From NCBI GenBank assembly GCA_965222375.1, contig CBDCTZ010000008.1, forward strand, positions 224,001 to 288,000: a DNA stretch of 64,000 nt, read 5' to 3'. Each line of letters starts with the position of its first letter. Position 1 is the first letter of the stretch. This document shows positions 1 to 10,570 of this stretch, piece by piece. The stretch comes from Polyangiaceae bacterium (GTDB lineage Bacteria; Myxococcota_A; Polyangia; Polyangiales; Polyangiaceae). The notes beneath the pieces are model-generated. The model was given only the letters and a program-made list of their open reading frames with translations, did no database searches and was not told where the DNA came from. A program made the position numbers and the translations under genes.

Positions 1-1236
1 ATGCATCAGGGAAACCAGCAGCTTCGAGTGGGCCGTGCCAGAGGGGTACTTCAAGAAGCGGCCCGTTTTGAAGTGACCTCCCAGACCGCCAGCCATCACG
101 AAGGGCACCTTCTTCCGGCTATGGGTGTTGCCGGAGCCGAGCTCGTTGCACCAGAGCACCACTGAATTGTCCAGCAGAGACCCGCTACCCTCGGGCACTT
201 CGCTCATCTTCTGCAACAGATAGGCGAAGCGCTCGGCGTACCAGGTGTTGATCTTGATCAGAGGCGGGATGTCCGGCGCGCCGTTGTCTTCGTGAGACAG
301 GGAGTGGTGATTGCCATCCACGCCGATCCACTTCATCTGAGTGCCCCCGACGCTCTTGCTACACTGAATGCCCACCACCTGGGTCACGTTGCAGGCCAGC
401 GCCATCACCGCCTGGTCCGTCATCAATTCGACCATCTTGGGGAAGTTGTCGTTCTTCTTGTGATCGATCTTGTTACCGGGTGACACGGGAGCGCAGTACC
501 CACCTAGCTGGCCCGCTGGGTCGAGCTTCGTTTCGAGAACGCGCACGGCCTCTAGGTGCGCCTGCAGTTTCGCCTTTTCTGCCACCGGGAGGCGAGCCTC
601 TAGCTTGTTCAAGTCGCCGCGCACGTGGTCGAGCACGCTCTTGCGGAGCACGCGCACCTTCTCTGTTTCGCCCGGGTCCTTGAGCAGCGCGCCGAACAGC
701 TTGTCGAAGACAGTGTAGGGATCTTCGTAGGGGTCCCGAGGTGCGTCAGAGCCGTCATAGGACATTCGGCTCCAATTGGTTTTGCCGCCGGGCTGAATCG
801 CCAAATCTAGGGACTCGACCCCGAGGTGCTTGGCAATGACCTGGTCCACCGAGGGCCCGCTGGCCCAACCCGCCGTGCCGGCATTGCCACCACCCTTAAA
901 GGGGCCGGGGTTGAGCTCGGAGGCCGTGAGCATGTGCACCATGCCGCGCTGATGGCCGTCTCCGATGCCATGATTGCTGCTGACCATGTCCAGGCCATCC
1001 AGAATCATCAGCTTGTCCCGGAAGGGCTCGAGAGGCTTGAGAATGGTACCCAGGGTGAAGTTGGTCTCACCACCCGAGGGTACCCATTCGTCGTAGATGG
1101 TCCCGTTCGGCGAGAAGAAGATCACGAGCCGTTTCGGGAATGTGGGGTCCGCAGCGCGGGCATCCATCAATCGCATGGGAAGCGCCAACGCAGCCGCGCC
1201 CGCTGCGGCACCGCGCAGGAATGTTCTGCGTTTCAT
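1..1236 (-). CDS. DUF1552 domain-containing protein (runs off left edge)
   Basis: Read manually from ATG at 1236: MKRRTFLRGAAAGAAALALP..KRLVIFFSPNG..LKPLEPFRDKLMILDGLD..GDGH; Tat-like RRxFL leader; TAATG overlap with upstream ORF; typical partner of DUF1592/1588 genes. Confidence 0.85.
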   Translation of the reverse strand, partial: MKRRTFLRGAAAGAAALALPMRLMDARAADPTFPKRLVIFFSPNGTIYDEWVPSGGETNFTLGTILKPLEPFRDKLMILDGLDMVSSNHGIGDGHQRGMVHMLTASELNPGPFKGGGNAGTAGWASGPSVDQVIAKHLGVESLDLAIQPGGKTNWSRMSYDGSDAPRDPYEDPYTVFDKLFGALLKDPGETEKVRVLRKSVLDHVRGDLNKLEARLPVAEKAKLQAHLEAVRVLETKLDPAGQLGGYCAPVSPGNKIDHKKNDNFPKMVELMTDQAVMALACNVTQVVGIQCSKSVGGTQMKWIGVDGNHHSLSHEDNGAPDIPPLIKINTWYAERFAYLLQKMSEVPEGSGSLLDNSVVLWCNELGSGNTHSRKKVPFVMAGGLGGHFKTGRFLKYPSGTAHSKLLVSLMH

Positions 1237-1643
1237 TACTGGGCCTCCTGAGCGCGATAGCGGAAACCGTGTGCAGTGGTGAGGGCGATCATCAATTCTC
1301 GTATGTCGTAGCCAGAGTCTTTGAACTTAATCTTCGCCTGGGCGATGGTGTACTCGTCTTTGTCTTCACCGCGCTTGAGCGCGAAGCGGAACCAGAGCCG
1401 CGCCATGCAATCCTTGGCGATGTCACTACTCGCAAGCTTCTGCGCGAGCTCCACGGCGCCGACGAAGGGCCCATCGATATCCGATTCCACCATCTCGCCC
1501 GAATCGTCGATGCTCTTGCCTTCCTCGGTATCGCGGTACTGGCCGATTCCGTCGTAGCGCTCGAATCCAAAGCCGATGGGGTCCATCAGCTTGTGGCAGT
1601 TGGAACAGGCCGGGTCCGTGGAGTGCTGAACGCTTGGGCCCAA
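1236..1643 (-). pseudogene. C-terminal fragment of DUF1592/DUF1588/DUF1585-type protein
   Basis: HSTDPACSNCHKLMDPIGFGFERYDGIGQYR (CxxCH, DUF1588-like) then FVGAVELAQKLA..WFRFALKR (DUF1585-like); the usual several hundred N-terminal residues are absent. Confidence 0.7.
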
Positions 1644-1755
1644 AAAAACACAGCGAAAACGCCGGAATTTTGCGCCCCTGAGGGCTCCAGACTACGCGAC
1701 CAGGCAGGTCCAGTGCGACCCGCAGGGTCGCGGTAACTGGGACCTCCTAGCGACC

Positions 1756-3636
1756 TCAGAATCGCGCCTGCATAGCGACGCCATAGCCCACGAAATCCGG
1801 GGAAATGAAGCGCCGAAGCAGAACCGTACCACTGGGGTCGAGCTCGAGCCGGGTAGCGTTGTTGTCACGTCGATACTGCAGCCAAGTGACGGCGCTCATC
1901 ATGGGAGACAGATCCCACTTCAGACTCATGCGCGCCTGCAAGATCGGGACTCGAGTTTCCCCAACGGGCAAGAAGGCCAGGTTGCCCTGCTCGCGCACGA
2001 CAATCGTGCGCGACGTGTCCTGGCCAAACAAGTCAACGGACTCGCTGCGGAACGTGGCAGGCATCTGAAGCCCGGCGCCGAAGCCGGGCGTCAGCCGAGC
2101 ACTTTCGATGTAGTAGTCCGTGGACACCGCGAAGAAGGTCTCGTCTTCGGTTTTCGCCGCTTCTGGGATGGTCTGGAAGGGGATGAAGCTCGGCTGGTTC
2201 CGCAGCACGAAAGCCAGATCGCGGTAGATCGCAGATAGGCTGGTGCGAAGCGCCCCATATTGAAGATTCGCCTGCACGGCGGCGGCGCGGGCCAACTGTA
2301 TGTCTGTCGTGCCCGGGCGATCGAAGTCCTTCAAATTCTGGTGCAGCTGCGACGCCTCAGCGGAAAGCGCCCAGGTGAGTTTGCCAGCTTCGTAAGTCGT
2401 CTCTTTGAACAACTCCACGGGCGCGTTGGGATCGTTGCGATACAGCGAAAAGTCCGCACTCTTGGGAACAGGCATGCCATCGTGCACCACGACTCGGCCG
2501 GAAAACCCAAAGGTGAAAACCCGCTCGCCCAGCACGTCCGGTTCTTCGAAACGCCCCTGTTGGAAGTAGCCGGCACCCGCATCCACCCGAAGCATTTCGC
2601 CCAAGTCGACGCCAGCGCCCCCCAAGAAGCCGTAGTTCGTTTCGGCGACACGCACCGTGTCTGTCGAGGCGCCTTCGCCGCTTCCGCTTTCGACGATGCG
2701 CTGCTGCACCTCGACGATGCTGGCGGTCTTGAAACCGACATAACCGTAGAAGCCGTTACCGTCGTACTGGACCTTGGCTCCAGGTGCACTGCCCTGCAGC
2801 CGGGGGAAGATCGACTGGTTGATACGCGCGTTCGTGCCGCCCCAAGAGATGTCGTAGAGGTAACCGAGGCGAAAGCGATCCGTGTCGATCGGGTAGAGCA
2901 CCAGGCCGGTGCCCTCGGGCGACTGGTCCGTGCCGCCCATCTTGTAGAACACCCGCAAGTAGGTGCCAGCATCCTCGAACACTTTGTTCACGTTGTTCGA
3001 CTGGCTCGCCAAGCTCGACATGTTTACGCGCAGAACCAACGCGGCTTCCGTGTCCAGGTTCTTGACGTAGCCGGGCAACTTTCCGTAGAGCACGAGGTGC
3101 GAGACGTTTTCACGCCCCGAGAAGCGCGAATTCAGGTTGTCAAAGAAGAGCCGGTACTGGGAGCGATCGCCCACGCTGGCATTGGGCGAGAGGGGGATCG
3201 CTTCACCGGTGTCGTGAAGAAAATCGTCGTCGCCGAACGTCCACGTGAGGCGCGTGTCGACGAAGTCGCTGTGTGCCTTGGGTTTGCTCGGGTCGCTAGC
3301 CGCTGCCGTGACCTTGCCGCGTTGTTCCGCCAAGTCGACCTCGGGGCTGCGGGCGGCCGAAGACGTTGGGGCTTCCACGGGCTTGGCCGTGGTTTCCGGC
3401 TCTGGCGCAGGAGGCGGTTCTTCCGCCGGCGGAGCGGCCGGCTGTGGAGTCTCTTCGAGCTCGACCTTCTCCGGCGCGGGCTTTTCCTCCGCCGGTGGGT
3501 CAGCCGCAGGCGGATCCTGCGCGAGTGAGGGCGCCGCCAGTAGAAATACGCCAAAGAGCGCACCCACACCCGCCCGGCTGGACAGGTGGGTTCGGCAGCC
3601 GAGCCGGCCGCTAGTTTGTACCTTCGTTCGGATCAT
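1756..3636 (-). CDS. secreted protein, probable outer-membrane beta-barrel
   Basis: Signal peptide (APSLA-Q), Pro/Glu-rich linker, alternating amphipathic strands, C-terminal YGVAMQARF beta-signal; start uncertain. Confidence 0.6.
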   Translation of the reverse strand: MIRTKVQTSGRLGCRTHLSSRAGVGALFGVFLLAAPSLAQDPPAADPPAEEKPAPEKVELEETPQPAAPPAEEPPPAPEPETTAKPVEAPTSSAARSPEVDLAEQRGKVTAAASDPSKPKAHSDFVDTRLTWTFGDDDFLHDTGEAIPLSPNASVGDRSQYRLFFDNLNSRFSGRENVSHLVLYGKLPGYVKNLDTEAALVLRVNMSSLASQSNNVNKVFEDAGTYLRVFYKMGGTDQSPEGTGLVLYPIDTDRFRLGYLYDISWGGTNARINQSIFPRLQGSAPGAKVQYDGNGFYGYVGFKTASIVEVQQRIVESGSGEGASTDTVRVAETNYGFLGGAGVDLGEMLRVDAGAGYFQQGRFEEPDVLGERVFTFGFSGRVVVHDGMPVPKSADFSLYRNDPNAPVELFKETTYEAGKLTWALSAEASQLHQNLKDFDRPGTTDIQLARAAAVQANLQYGALRTSLSAIYRDLAFVLRNQPSFIPFQTIPEAAKTEDETFFAVSTDYYIESARLTPGFGAGLQMPATFRSESVDLFGQDTSRTIVVREQGNLAFLPVGETRVPILQARMSLKWDLSPMMSAVTWLQYRRDNNATRLELDPSGTVLLRRFISPDFVGYGVAMQARF

Positions 3637-5167
3637 CCTTGTCCCTCGGGAGCACGCACGGGTTATCTGTCAGGGAGCTGAGCGGAGCTGTCGGGCCTTC
3701 CACGCATGCCGGCTGGGAAGGCAGGTCGCACACAACATCCGCCGGGCAGCGAGCTTCGATCGTCCAATTGAGCGACCCCCCGCTGAAGTTTCGGAGCGTG
3801 CCGGTCACGGCTTTGATGGCCTTGCCACGCATGGCTACGGGGTCGAATCGGGTTCGAGGAATCGTACCGGTGTTGACCTGGATACCGACGCCGTTTTGAA
3901 AGATGACGCGGTAGTTGCCCCGGGCAGCGAAGCCCGTCCACTCGACGCATTGGGGCTCGGCCCCGCAAAGGTTGGCGCATTCGGCCTCGGGGCTGCCGGG
4001 CGTTTCGAAGTCGATGTCGCCGTTTCCGTCGAAATCACAATTCGAGGCATCTGGCGCGAAACCGTTCGTCGCTGGCTTGTCGCCGAAGAACTGCCCGATG
4101 GTCACACCTTCAACCCGCACGAGCGCACTCTCGATGCGTTCCAGCAAGACGTCGTCCCCGGCGAAGGTGTCGTCGATGACGATGGGCTCTGGCACCTGAC
4201 ACGGGCCGTCGTTCGGAGCCCCCGGGTTCTTGGGATCCGGGAAGACCCACTCGCGGTAGTTGAAGGATGGGAAAGACAGCTCAGTGAAACCGAAAAACTC
4301 CACGGCAGTTCCCGACAAGGCCGTGATTCGGTCGCAGACTCGCAACCCAGCAGGTGCATTGAACGTGAATGCGAAAACATGGTTGTAACAGAAGCCATCC
4401 GTGGCGCCGTTCGGCAGCAGGGGCCCCAGAATGTTCTTGTCGCATTCGGGCCTGCCAGCGACGGGATTGTCGCTGGTGTCCGTCGCGTAGAAACCGTCCG
4501 ACGCGATTCGCGTGACGATGAGGTTTGCTGGCAGCGCCGTCGCCACATCGACACCTTCGAGCTGATACGGAGTCCGGGATCCCCTACCCTGCACGTCACC
4601 AACCCGAGGCTTTGCGAAACGCACCGGCGCCGAAATACCCGTCGCAAACGTTCCGGCCGTCTCCGTGTCGTCGTTGGCGAACGCGCAACCTGGATCCTGG
4701 GGGTAGTCGAGCAAACCGTCCTCGTCGTTGTCGAGGCCGTCTGCGCACAGCGGAGGTTTTTCAGGATCTGAGGGTACGTAGCCGATGTCCTCGGCCCAGA
4801 TCCGCGTCGAGCCGCGAGCGTTGCGCACCACGATGCGGTGCTTTTCAGCGACGCCATCCAGAACCAATACGTTGCGACCACTTGCACGTGGTCCGCTGAC
4901 GCTCACGATGGACCCGGGTTCCGCACCTATGCGCACGAAGCCCTGAAAGCTGGAATCTAGAGAACCATCCGGATTGCGCGCGCGGATGTCGATTTCGAAC
5001 TCGACTTCTGCTGGAGGCAGCGGCAAGGGCGACTCGTCCGCGCCAGGCAGCGCGCTGCCATCCGTGGTGCGCACTTCGACCAAGAGCGCTTCGGTACGTT
5101 CGAGGATCTCGTTTTGAGTGGTGCAGGACACCAACACGAGCGCAGCGCCGGACAGCAGTCGTTTCAT
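3611..5167 (-). CDS. Cys-rich lipoprotein with OB-fold-like (nuclease-associated type) domains
   Basis: Lipobox LVSC; CADGLDNDEDGLLDYPQDPGC repeat; VTRIASDGFY..LRVCDRITALSGTAVEFFGFTEL and ALVRVEGVT resemble YhcR/ExeM-type OB folds. Confidence 0.6.
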   Translation of the reverse strand: MKRLLSGAALVLVSCTTQNEILERTEALLVEVRTTDGSALPGADESPLPLPPAEVEFEIDIRARNPDGSLDSSFQGFVRIGAEPGSIVSVSGPRASGRNVLVLDGVAEKHRIVVRNARGSTRIWAEDIGYVPSDPEKPPLCADGLDNDEDGLLDYPQDPGCAFANDDTETAGTFATGISAPVRFAKPRVGDVQGRGSRTPYQLEGVDVATALPANLIVTRIASDGFYATDTSDNPVAGRPECDKNILGPLLPNGATDGFCYNHVFAFTFNAPAGLRVCDRITALSGTAVEFFGFTELSFPSFNYREWVFPDPKNPGAPNDGPCQVPEPIVIDDTFAGDDVLLERIESALVRVEGVTIGQFFGDKPATNGFAPDASNCDFDGNGDIDFETPGSPEAECANLCGAEPQCVEWTGFAARGNYRVIFQNGVGIQVNTGTIPRTRFDPVAMRGKAIKAVTGTLRNFSGGSLNWTIEARCPADVVCDLPSQPACVEGPTAPLSSLTDNPCVLPRDKDDPNEGTN

Positions 5168-7443
5168 CGGCCCACCATCAGCACCCGTGCGTCGGATGCA
5201 CTGCCTAGGTCTTTATCGATACATGCCAGGAACTTGCACTGCTCGCCTCCCAGCTGACACGGGCCGATCTTCGAGGTGCAACTCGCGATGGCGATCGCGG
5301 ACTGGGCGTCAGAACAAGACTGCTTGAAGAAGTCCGCGACGCCCTGGCGACAGGCCGCTAGGACACAGCGCCCTTCGGAGCCGCAGGCACCTTGGGACGT
5401 GCAAGTGCCGTCCGCCGCTTCAGCGGCATTCTCCGGGCAGGCGCACACGAAGCTGCCACCGGGCACGCCGTTGCAATCCGCATCCGTGGTGCAGGCGCGC
5501 AAGCCATCGTCGGTGGAATGCTCCGGCCGATACCCGCAAGGCTTGCCCCCACGAACCCAATCGATCAACGCGTCACGCTGCTGGATCTTGGTGTCGAGCT
5601 GTGTGGTGTTCTTCTTGAGCACGACGAAGCCCGAGCCACCACCAGCGAGATATGTGCTCGTGGCCAACTCATAGGAACCGATGGGGTCGATCTGCACCAG
5701 GCAGCGCCCGCGGTTCTGGCTGTCGCGGAGGCCCAAGTCGCAAGAATTGAGCTGTCCGCCGCACTCGGCGTCGTTCGTACAGGGCTTTTCGTTCGAACCG
5801 ATGAAGATTTGGTCGGCGCAAGCGGTAATCAGGCAACTACCGGGCTTGTCTGGGGTCGAATCCGGCGCTGGGGCGGTCAGATCACACTCGTTGGAGGGGC
5901 AGTCTTCACCGCTACCACACGCCGTGAGCACCGGGTTGGCGCAACCTTTGCAGTTGAGCACGATGCGCGCACCCGCGATCTGTACCTGCGTCGCGCAACC
6001 TCGCCCCGCAGACCGGCGTGCGACGAAGTCGAACATCGACTGCACTTCAGAACCGGACAGCTGCATCTTGGAAATGGAGTTATCGAAGGGGAAGATGTTG
6101 AACATCTGCTCGACTGTCACGGGCCCGGGCACCATATCGGCACGGATCCCTGTCGTATTCGTGAGGGAGAAATCTGTCTCGATGCCGATGCGCCGCCACA
6201 TGGCCGTCGCAATCAGGTTGCCCAAGGGAGAGTCTCCGCCGCCGGTCCCGAAGCGGCGGGAGCCATCCGGCGCGAAGCCCACGAGAAGGTCGAGATCCAC
6301 CAGGGCGTCCAGCTCGCCACGATAGGGCTCGAGCAACTCCGTCACGGCCCGGTCTTGCGGCACGTCGCTGGTCACGGGAAAGAGCTTGAAGTTCTGTCCC
6401 ACAACTTCGAAGCCGTTGATGGGGTCGTAAGGGAAGTCCAGATCTCCCGGCTGATCGCTGACCACCAAGTCCAAGCGCCCCACGAACTTGGCGAAGGCGC
6501 CTGAGTGATTCAGCACCACCCTGCGTGGCTGGCAGTAGCGACGCATTCCGGGGTTTCCGTCGGCGTCCCTCAGCTCGATGTAGTTCCGACCCTGCTCGTC
6601 CACCATCGCGCAGTCTTCGACGATTTTGGGGGGCTGGAGCACGATGTGGTTGTGCCCACCGAGCACGATATCGATTCCCGTGGTGTGGCGGATCATCGAC
6701 TCGTCACCATTGAGCCCAAGATGGGTGACGAAGACCACCACGTCCACCAGCGGACGCAGCAGGTCGATGTAGGTCTGGGCCACATCGACGGTCTCGAGGG
6801 GTGTGACACCCAGGCGGCTCGGGCGCTCATAGAGAGAGCTGAGGCTGGACAGGTTGCCCATACCCACCACGCCGACTTTCAGACCGCGAACATTGAACGT
6901 CTTGAACGGAATGAGGACATTTTCGAGCTGGGGGTTCCCAGGCGCAGTGGTGTCTTCGAATAGGTAGTTGGCGGCGAGGACGGGGTAGCTCCCCCATTTC
7001 TGATACTGCTGACGGGCGTTCAGAGCGCCCTTGTCGAATTCGTGATTCGCGATGACCTGAGCATCGACGCCCATCATCCCCAGGGCACGGATCTCGGCTT
7101 CGCCATCAAAGAAGTTGAACACCGGCGCGCCCTGAAAGCAGTCACCACCGTCGATGTGCAGCACCCGATCAGCTCGCGCACGCTCGCGACCGATGATGTA
7201 CGCGATCCGCGCGGCGCCACCGACCGTCGAGACCGTGGCGGCAGGCCCGAGGCCCAGAGACGCATCATTCTGCGTGATCTGCAGAGCATAGGGGAACAGC
7301 CGGGAGTGAATGTCGGACGTGTGCAGCAACGTCAGCCGTGTTTGCCCCTGCACCCGATAGGGCGGGAGGTTCTCGGGACAACCCGAAAGCGCGAGTGCGC
7401 ATGCGCACGCCAGCGCGAGCATCAGGGCCGACGAGCGATTCAT
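5164..7443 (-). CDS. bifunctional metallophosphatase / 5'-nucleotidase lipoprotein with Cys-rich insertions
   Basis: LLHTSDIHS, DGGDCFQG, ANHEFD, THLG, GGHNH motifs; C-terminal NTTGIRA, FPFDN, YLAGGGSGF; lipobox LSGC; alternative start 7455. Confidence 0.9.
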   Translation of the reverse strand: MNRSSALMLALACACALALSGCPENLPPYRVQGQTRLTLLHTSDIHSRLFPYALQITQNDASLGLGPAATVSTVGGAARIAYIIGRERARADRVLHIDGGDCFQGAPVFNFFDGEAEIRALGMMGVDAQVIANHEFDKGALNARQQYQKWGSYPVLAANYLFEDTTAPGNPQLENVLIPFKTFNVRGLKVGVVGMGNLSSLSSLYERPSRLGVTPLETVDVAQTYIDLLRPLVDVVVFVTHLGLNGDESMIRHTTGIDIVLGGHNHIVLQPPKIVEDCAMVDEQGRNYIELRDADGNPGMRRYCQPRRVVLNHSGAFAKFVGRLDLVVSDQPGDLDFPYDPINGFEVVGQNFKLFPVTSDVPQDRAVTELLEPYRGELDALVDLDLLVGFAPDGSRRFGTGGGDSPLGNLIATAMWRRIGIETDFSLTNTTGIRADMVPGPVTVEQMFNIFPFDNSISKMQLSGSEVQSMFDFVARRSAGRGCATQVQIAGARIVLNCKGCANPVLTACGSGEDCPSNECDLTAPAPDSTPDKPGSCLITACADQIFIGSNEKPCTNDAECGGQLNSCDLGLRDSQNRGRCLVQIDPIGSYELATSTYLAGGGSGFVVLKKNTTQLDTKIQQRDALIDWVRGGKPCGYRPEHSTDDGLRACTTDADCNGVPGGSFVCACPENAAEAADGTCTSQGACGSEGRCVLAACRQGVADFFKQSCSDAQSAIAIASCTSKIGPCQLGGEQCKFLACIDKDLGSASDARVLMVGR

Positions 7444-7530
7444 CAGCGAAAGCACTTAGCAATTCCCCCGTTCGGAGCCAAGCGCCCATTGGTTTCAGCC
7501 GTTTTGGCCCGCCGCTGGCGGGGGCGTGCG

Positions 7531-9339
7531 TCAATCGTCGTCGATGAGGTCCGCCATCCGAGCACACAAGGCGGCTTCCACGGCGCCCTCGACCTCAGCA
7601 GCCGTGCCCAGTTGGAGTGCCCGAAGCGCCAGGTCTTCAGCCTCGGCAACGCTGACCCGGGAGATGGCGGCTTTGACCTTGGGAATAGCGGCGGCCTCTA
7701 GGCTCAGGCTGCGCAGGCCAACGCCCAAGAGCACGACCGTGGCCAGGGGATCGCTCGCCATCGCGCCGCAGACAGCGACGGGTCGGTCATGGGTTTGGGC
7801 AGCGCCCACAACGCCCTGAATCAAACGCAAGATTGACGGATCGAGGGGCGTGGCGAGGTGGGCCAACTCACGATTGGTGCGATCTACGGCCAGGGCGTAC
7901 TGGACCAAATCGTTGGTCCCGATGCTCAAGAATTCAGCCTCCCGTGCCATCACGTCTGCCATGACCGCGGCGGATGGCACTTCGATCATGATGCCCAGCG
8001 GGGTTTTGCCAGAGCGAGCCTGACCCGCCGCGTCCACCTCCTGTTGTGCTTCCAGGAACAACTCTCGGGCGCGCACCAGTTCGCTGAGAGAGGCAATCAT
8101 TGGGATCATGATGCGCAAGTCCCCGTGGGCTGACGCGCGAATCATCGCCCGCAGCTGGGTCTTGAAGATTTCCGGACGTGACAGACCCAAGCGAATGGCG
8201 CGCAACCCCAGTGCGGGGTTCATGTCCTTGGGCACTTGGAAGGCGCTGACGAACTTGTCGCCGCCGATATCGAAGGTCCGCACCGTGACCGGGCGGCCTT
8301 GCGCCGCGGACAGCACCCGAGCGTAGGTTTCGTATTGTTCCGCCTCGCTCGGCGGCTCGCTGCGGTCGACGCAAAGAAACTCCGTACGATACAGGCCGAT
8401 ACCCGCGGCGCCCAGATCCATCGCGATTTCTGCCTCTCCGGGCAGCTCGATGTTGGCCGTCAGTTCGACGGGCTGTCCACAGCTCGTCGTCGTGGGCGCA
8501 TCTCGAGACTCGAGCAGTCCGCGAGCGTGCAACATGCGCCGCTCCACCCGCCGCTCGGCGCTGGTCATCATCTCCACAGTGGGCGAGACGACGATGCGAC
8601 CCCGAGTGCCGTCCACGATCAGCATGTCGCCGTTGCCGACTACATCGAGGAGCTGACGAACCCCCACCACGGCGGGGATTTCCAGTGCTCGCGCCAAGAT
8701 GGAGGTGTGGCTGGTTCGCGTACCGATCTCCGTCGCCATCGCGAGCACGTGGCCGCGATCAAAGGTTGCAGTTTCCGCCGGAGAGAGGTCGTGGGCCACG
8801 ATGATCCCGGGCGCATCTAGACGCGCCGCCGTAGCTCCGTGCTTCTTGCCGGACAGCGCCATCTGAAGCCGGTCTCCGATGAACTCGAAGTCGTGGCTGC
8901 GCTCCGCAAGATAGGGGTCGTCCCCTTCTCGGAGCTGAACAGCCATGTCTTTGATCGCGGTTTCGAGGGCCCATTCCGCGCATTGCTGGTCGATGCGGAT
9001 CCGGCGCTCGACATCCTCTCGAAGCGTCTCGTCTTCCACCATCAGCACGTACGCCTCCAGAATCGAGGACTCCGCCCGGCCGGTCCCCTTCTTGACGCGT
9101 TCGGTGACCTCCCGCAGGGCTCGCGCTGCCGCCTCCACCGCAGCGTCAAAGCGCCCGAGTTCCCCCTCCGCAGCGCCACGACTCACGTGACGACGTACGA
9201 CCCCCTTGCGACGGGTGTCGATCACGACAGCGCGACCGATCGATAGCCCCGACGACCCCGCGATGCCGTCGAGTGTCACCGGAGGGCGATCCGCCACCGC
9301 GGGCAGCCTCCCGGACGAGCCACTCGATCTCATAGGCAT
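7531..9339 (-). CDS. ptsP: phosphoenolpyruvate-protein phosphotransferase (PTS enzyme I)
   Basis: RTSHTSILAR phospho-His motif, GIGLYRTEFL, NPALGLRAIR, SIGTNDLVQY. Confidence 0.95.
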   Translation of the reverse strand: MPMRSSGSSGRLPAVADRPPVTLDGIAGSSGLSIGRAVVIDTRRKGVVRRHVSRGAAEGELGRFDAAVEAAARALREVTERVKKGTGRAESSILEAYVLMVEDETLREDVERRIRIDQQCAEWALETAIKDMAVQLREGDDPYLAERSHDFEFIGDRLQMALSGKKHGATAARLDAPGIIVAHDLSPAETATFDRGHVLAMATEIGTRTSHTSILARALEIPAVVGVRQLLDVVGNGDMLIVDGTRGRIVVSPTVEMMTSAERRVERRMLHARGLLESRDAPTTTSCGQPVELTANIELPGEAEIAMDLGAAGIGLYRTEFLCVDRSEPPSEAEQYETYARVLSAAQGRPVTVRTFDIGGDKFVSAFQVPKDMNPALGLRAIRLGLSRPEIFKTQLRAMIRASAHGDLRIMIPMIASLSELVRARELFLEAQQEVDAAGQARSGKTPLGIMIEVPSAAVMADVMAREAEFLSIGTNDLVQYALAVDRTNRELAHLATPLDPSILRLIQGVVGAAQTHDRPVAVCGAMASDPLATVVLLGVGLRSLSLEAAAIPKVKAAISRVSVAEAEDLALRALQLGTAAEVEGAVEAALCARMADLIDDD

Positions 9340-9358
9340 ACCGCGACGCTACGAGGCT

Positions 9359-9634
9359 TCATTCGCTCTCCCCAAACCGATCGTTGATCAGCTGACCAAT
9401 CTGCCGCACAGCTTCCTCCGCACCATCCCCTCGCGCTTCCACGCCAATCACGGAGCCTTGAGATCCACAAAGCAATAGCACGCCCATCACGCTCTTGGCA
9501 TTAGCCGCTTGCCCCTCGCGGCTCACCTCGATTTCACAGGGAAAGCGACACGCCAGTTGGACCAACTTGGTCGCTGCACGTGCATGCAGCCCAAGTCGGT
9601 TCTTGATTTCGAACTCGCCCCTCGCAGGCTCCAC
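9359..9634 (-). CDS. ptsH: HPr phosphocarrier protein
   Basis: GLHARAA and NAKSVMGV motifs. Confidence 0.95.
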   Translation of the reverse strand: MEPARGEFEIKNRLGLHARAATKLVQLACRFPCEIEVSREGQAANAKSVMGVLLLCGSQGSVIGVEARGDGAEEAVRQIGQLINDRFGESE

Positions 9635-10570
9635 TTAGGCGCCGCTCCCACCGGGTTCACTCTTCCGGTCCAGATTGACGCGATCCACGTCCCGGTGCAC
9701 CAAATCGACTTCGCCACCCGTTTCCTCGTGTAGGTGCACTGCGATGCGCTCGGCCAAGGCGACGGAGCGGTGGCGCCCACCCGTGCAACCAATGGCGACG
9801 GTGAGGTAGCTCTTGCCTTCTCTCTCGTACCTAGGCAGGCAGAATTCCAGGAGCGAAAGCACGTGGCTGAGTAGCTCCTGGGTGTCCGGCTCTCCAAGCA
9901 CGTAGTCACGTACCGCAACCGACTGCCCGGTGAGATCTCGTAGTTCCGGCTCGAAGTAGGGGTTCTTCAGGAAGCGCACATCGAAGACGAGATCCGCGTC
10001 CACGGGCGCCCCATATTTGAAACCAAAAGAAACGACGCGAATCCGCATCCGTGGCGCGACCCCAGCGGCGGGACCAAATTGCAGCAGCACTTGGCGGCGC
10101 AACTCATGCACCGACAGGTTGGTCGTGTCGATGACATGGGTTGCGCGAGCCCGGAGAGGGGCAAGTTTTTCCCGCTCGATGCTGATGCCGTCCAGAACCG
10201 CCGGAGCCTCCGTGGAGGCCCCAGGGGCCCGCACGGTCGATAGCGGGTGGGGTCGCCGGGTGCTGGAAAACCTACGGATCAGGCTGGCGTCGGAGGCGTC
10301 CAAGAACAAGACGTTCACCACCTTTGCCAGCTCCCCGACGGAATCGACGAGTTCGCCGACCGCATCCACGAAGCTTCGCACGCGCACATCGATCCCGAAG
10401 GCGACCCGGGACACACCGGCTTCCCCCAGCGCGATCAGCGTAGAGCGTGCGACCGGTGGCGGCATGTTGTCCACGCAGAAAAACCCCAGATCCTCCAACG
10501 CGTGTAGCGCTGTCGACTTCCCCGCCCCTGACATCCCGGTGACGACGGCGAGGTGCTGGCACCCGCTCAA
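9635..10570 (-). CDS. rapZ: RNase adapter RapZ
   Basis: GMSGAGKS, SFGFKYG, DVRFLKNPY, GCTGGRHRSV. Confidence 0.95.
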   Translation of the reverse strand: MSGCQHLAVVTGMSGAGKSTALHALEDLGFFCVDNMPPPVARSTLIALGEAGVSRVAFGIDVRVRSFVDAVGELVDSVGELAKVVNVLFLDASDASLIRRFSSTRRPHPLSTVRAPGASTEAPAVLDGISIEREKLAPLRARATHVIDTTNLSVHELRRQVLLQFGPAAGVAPRMRIRVVSFGFKYGAPVDADLVFDVRFLKNPYFEPELRDLTGQSVAVRDYVLGEPDTQELLSHVLSLLEFCLPRYEREGKSYLTVAIGCTGGRHRSVALAERIAVHLHEETGGEVDLVHRDVDRVNLDRKSEPGGSGA

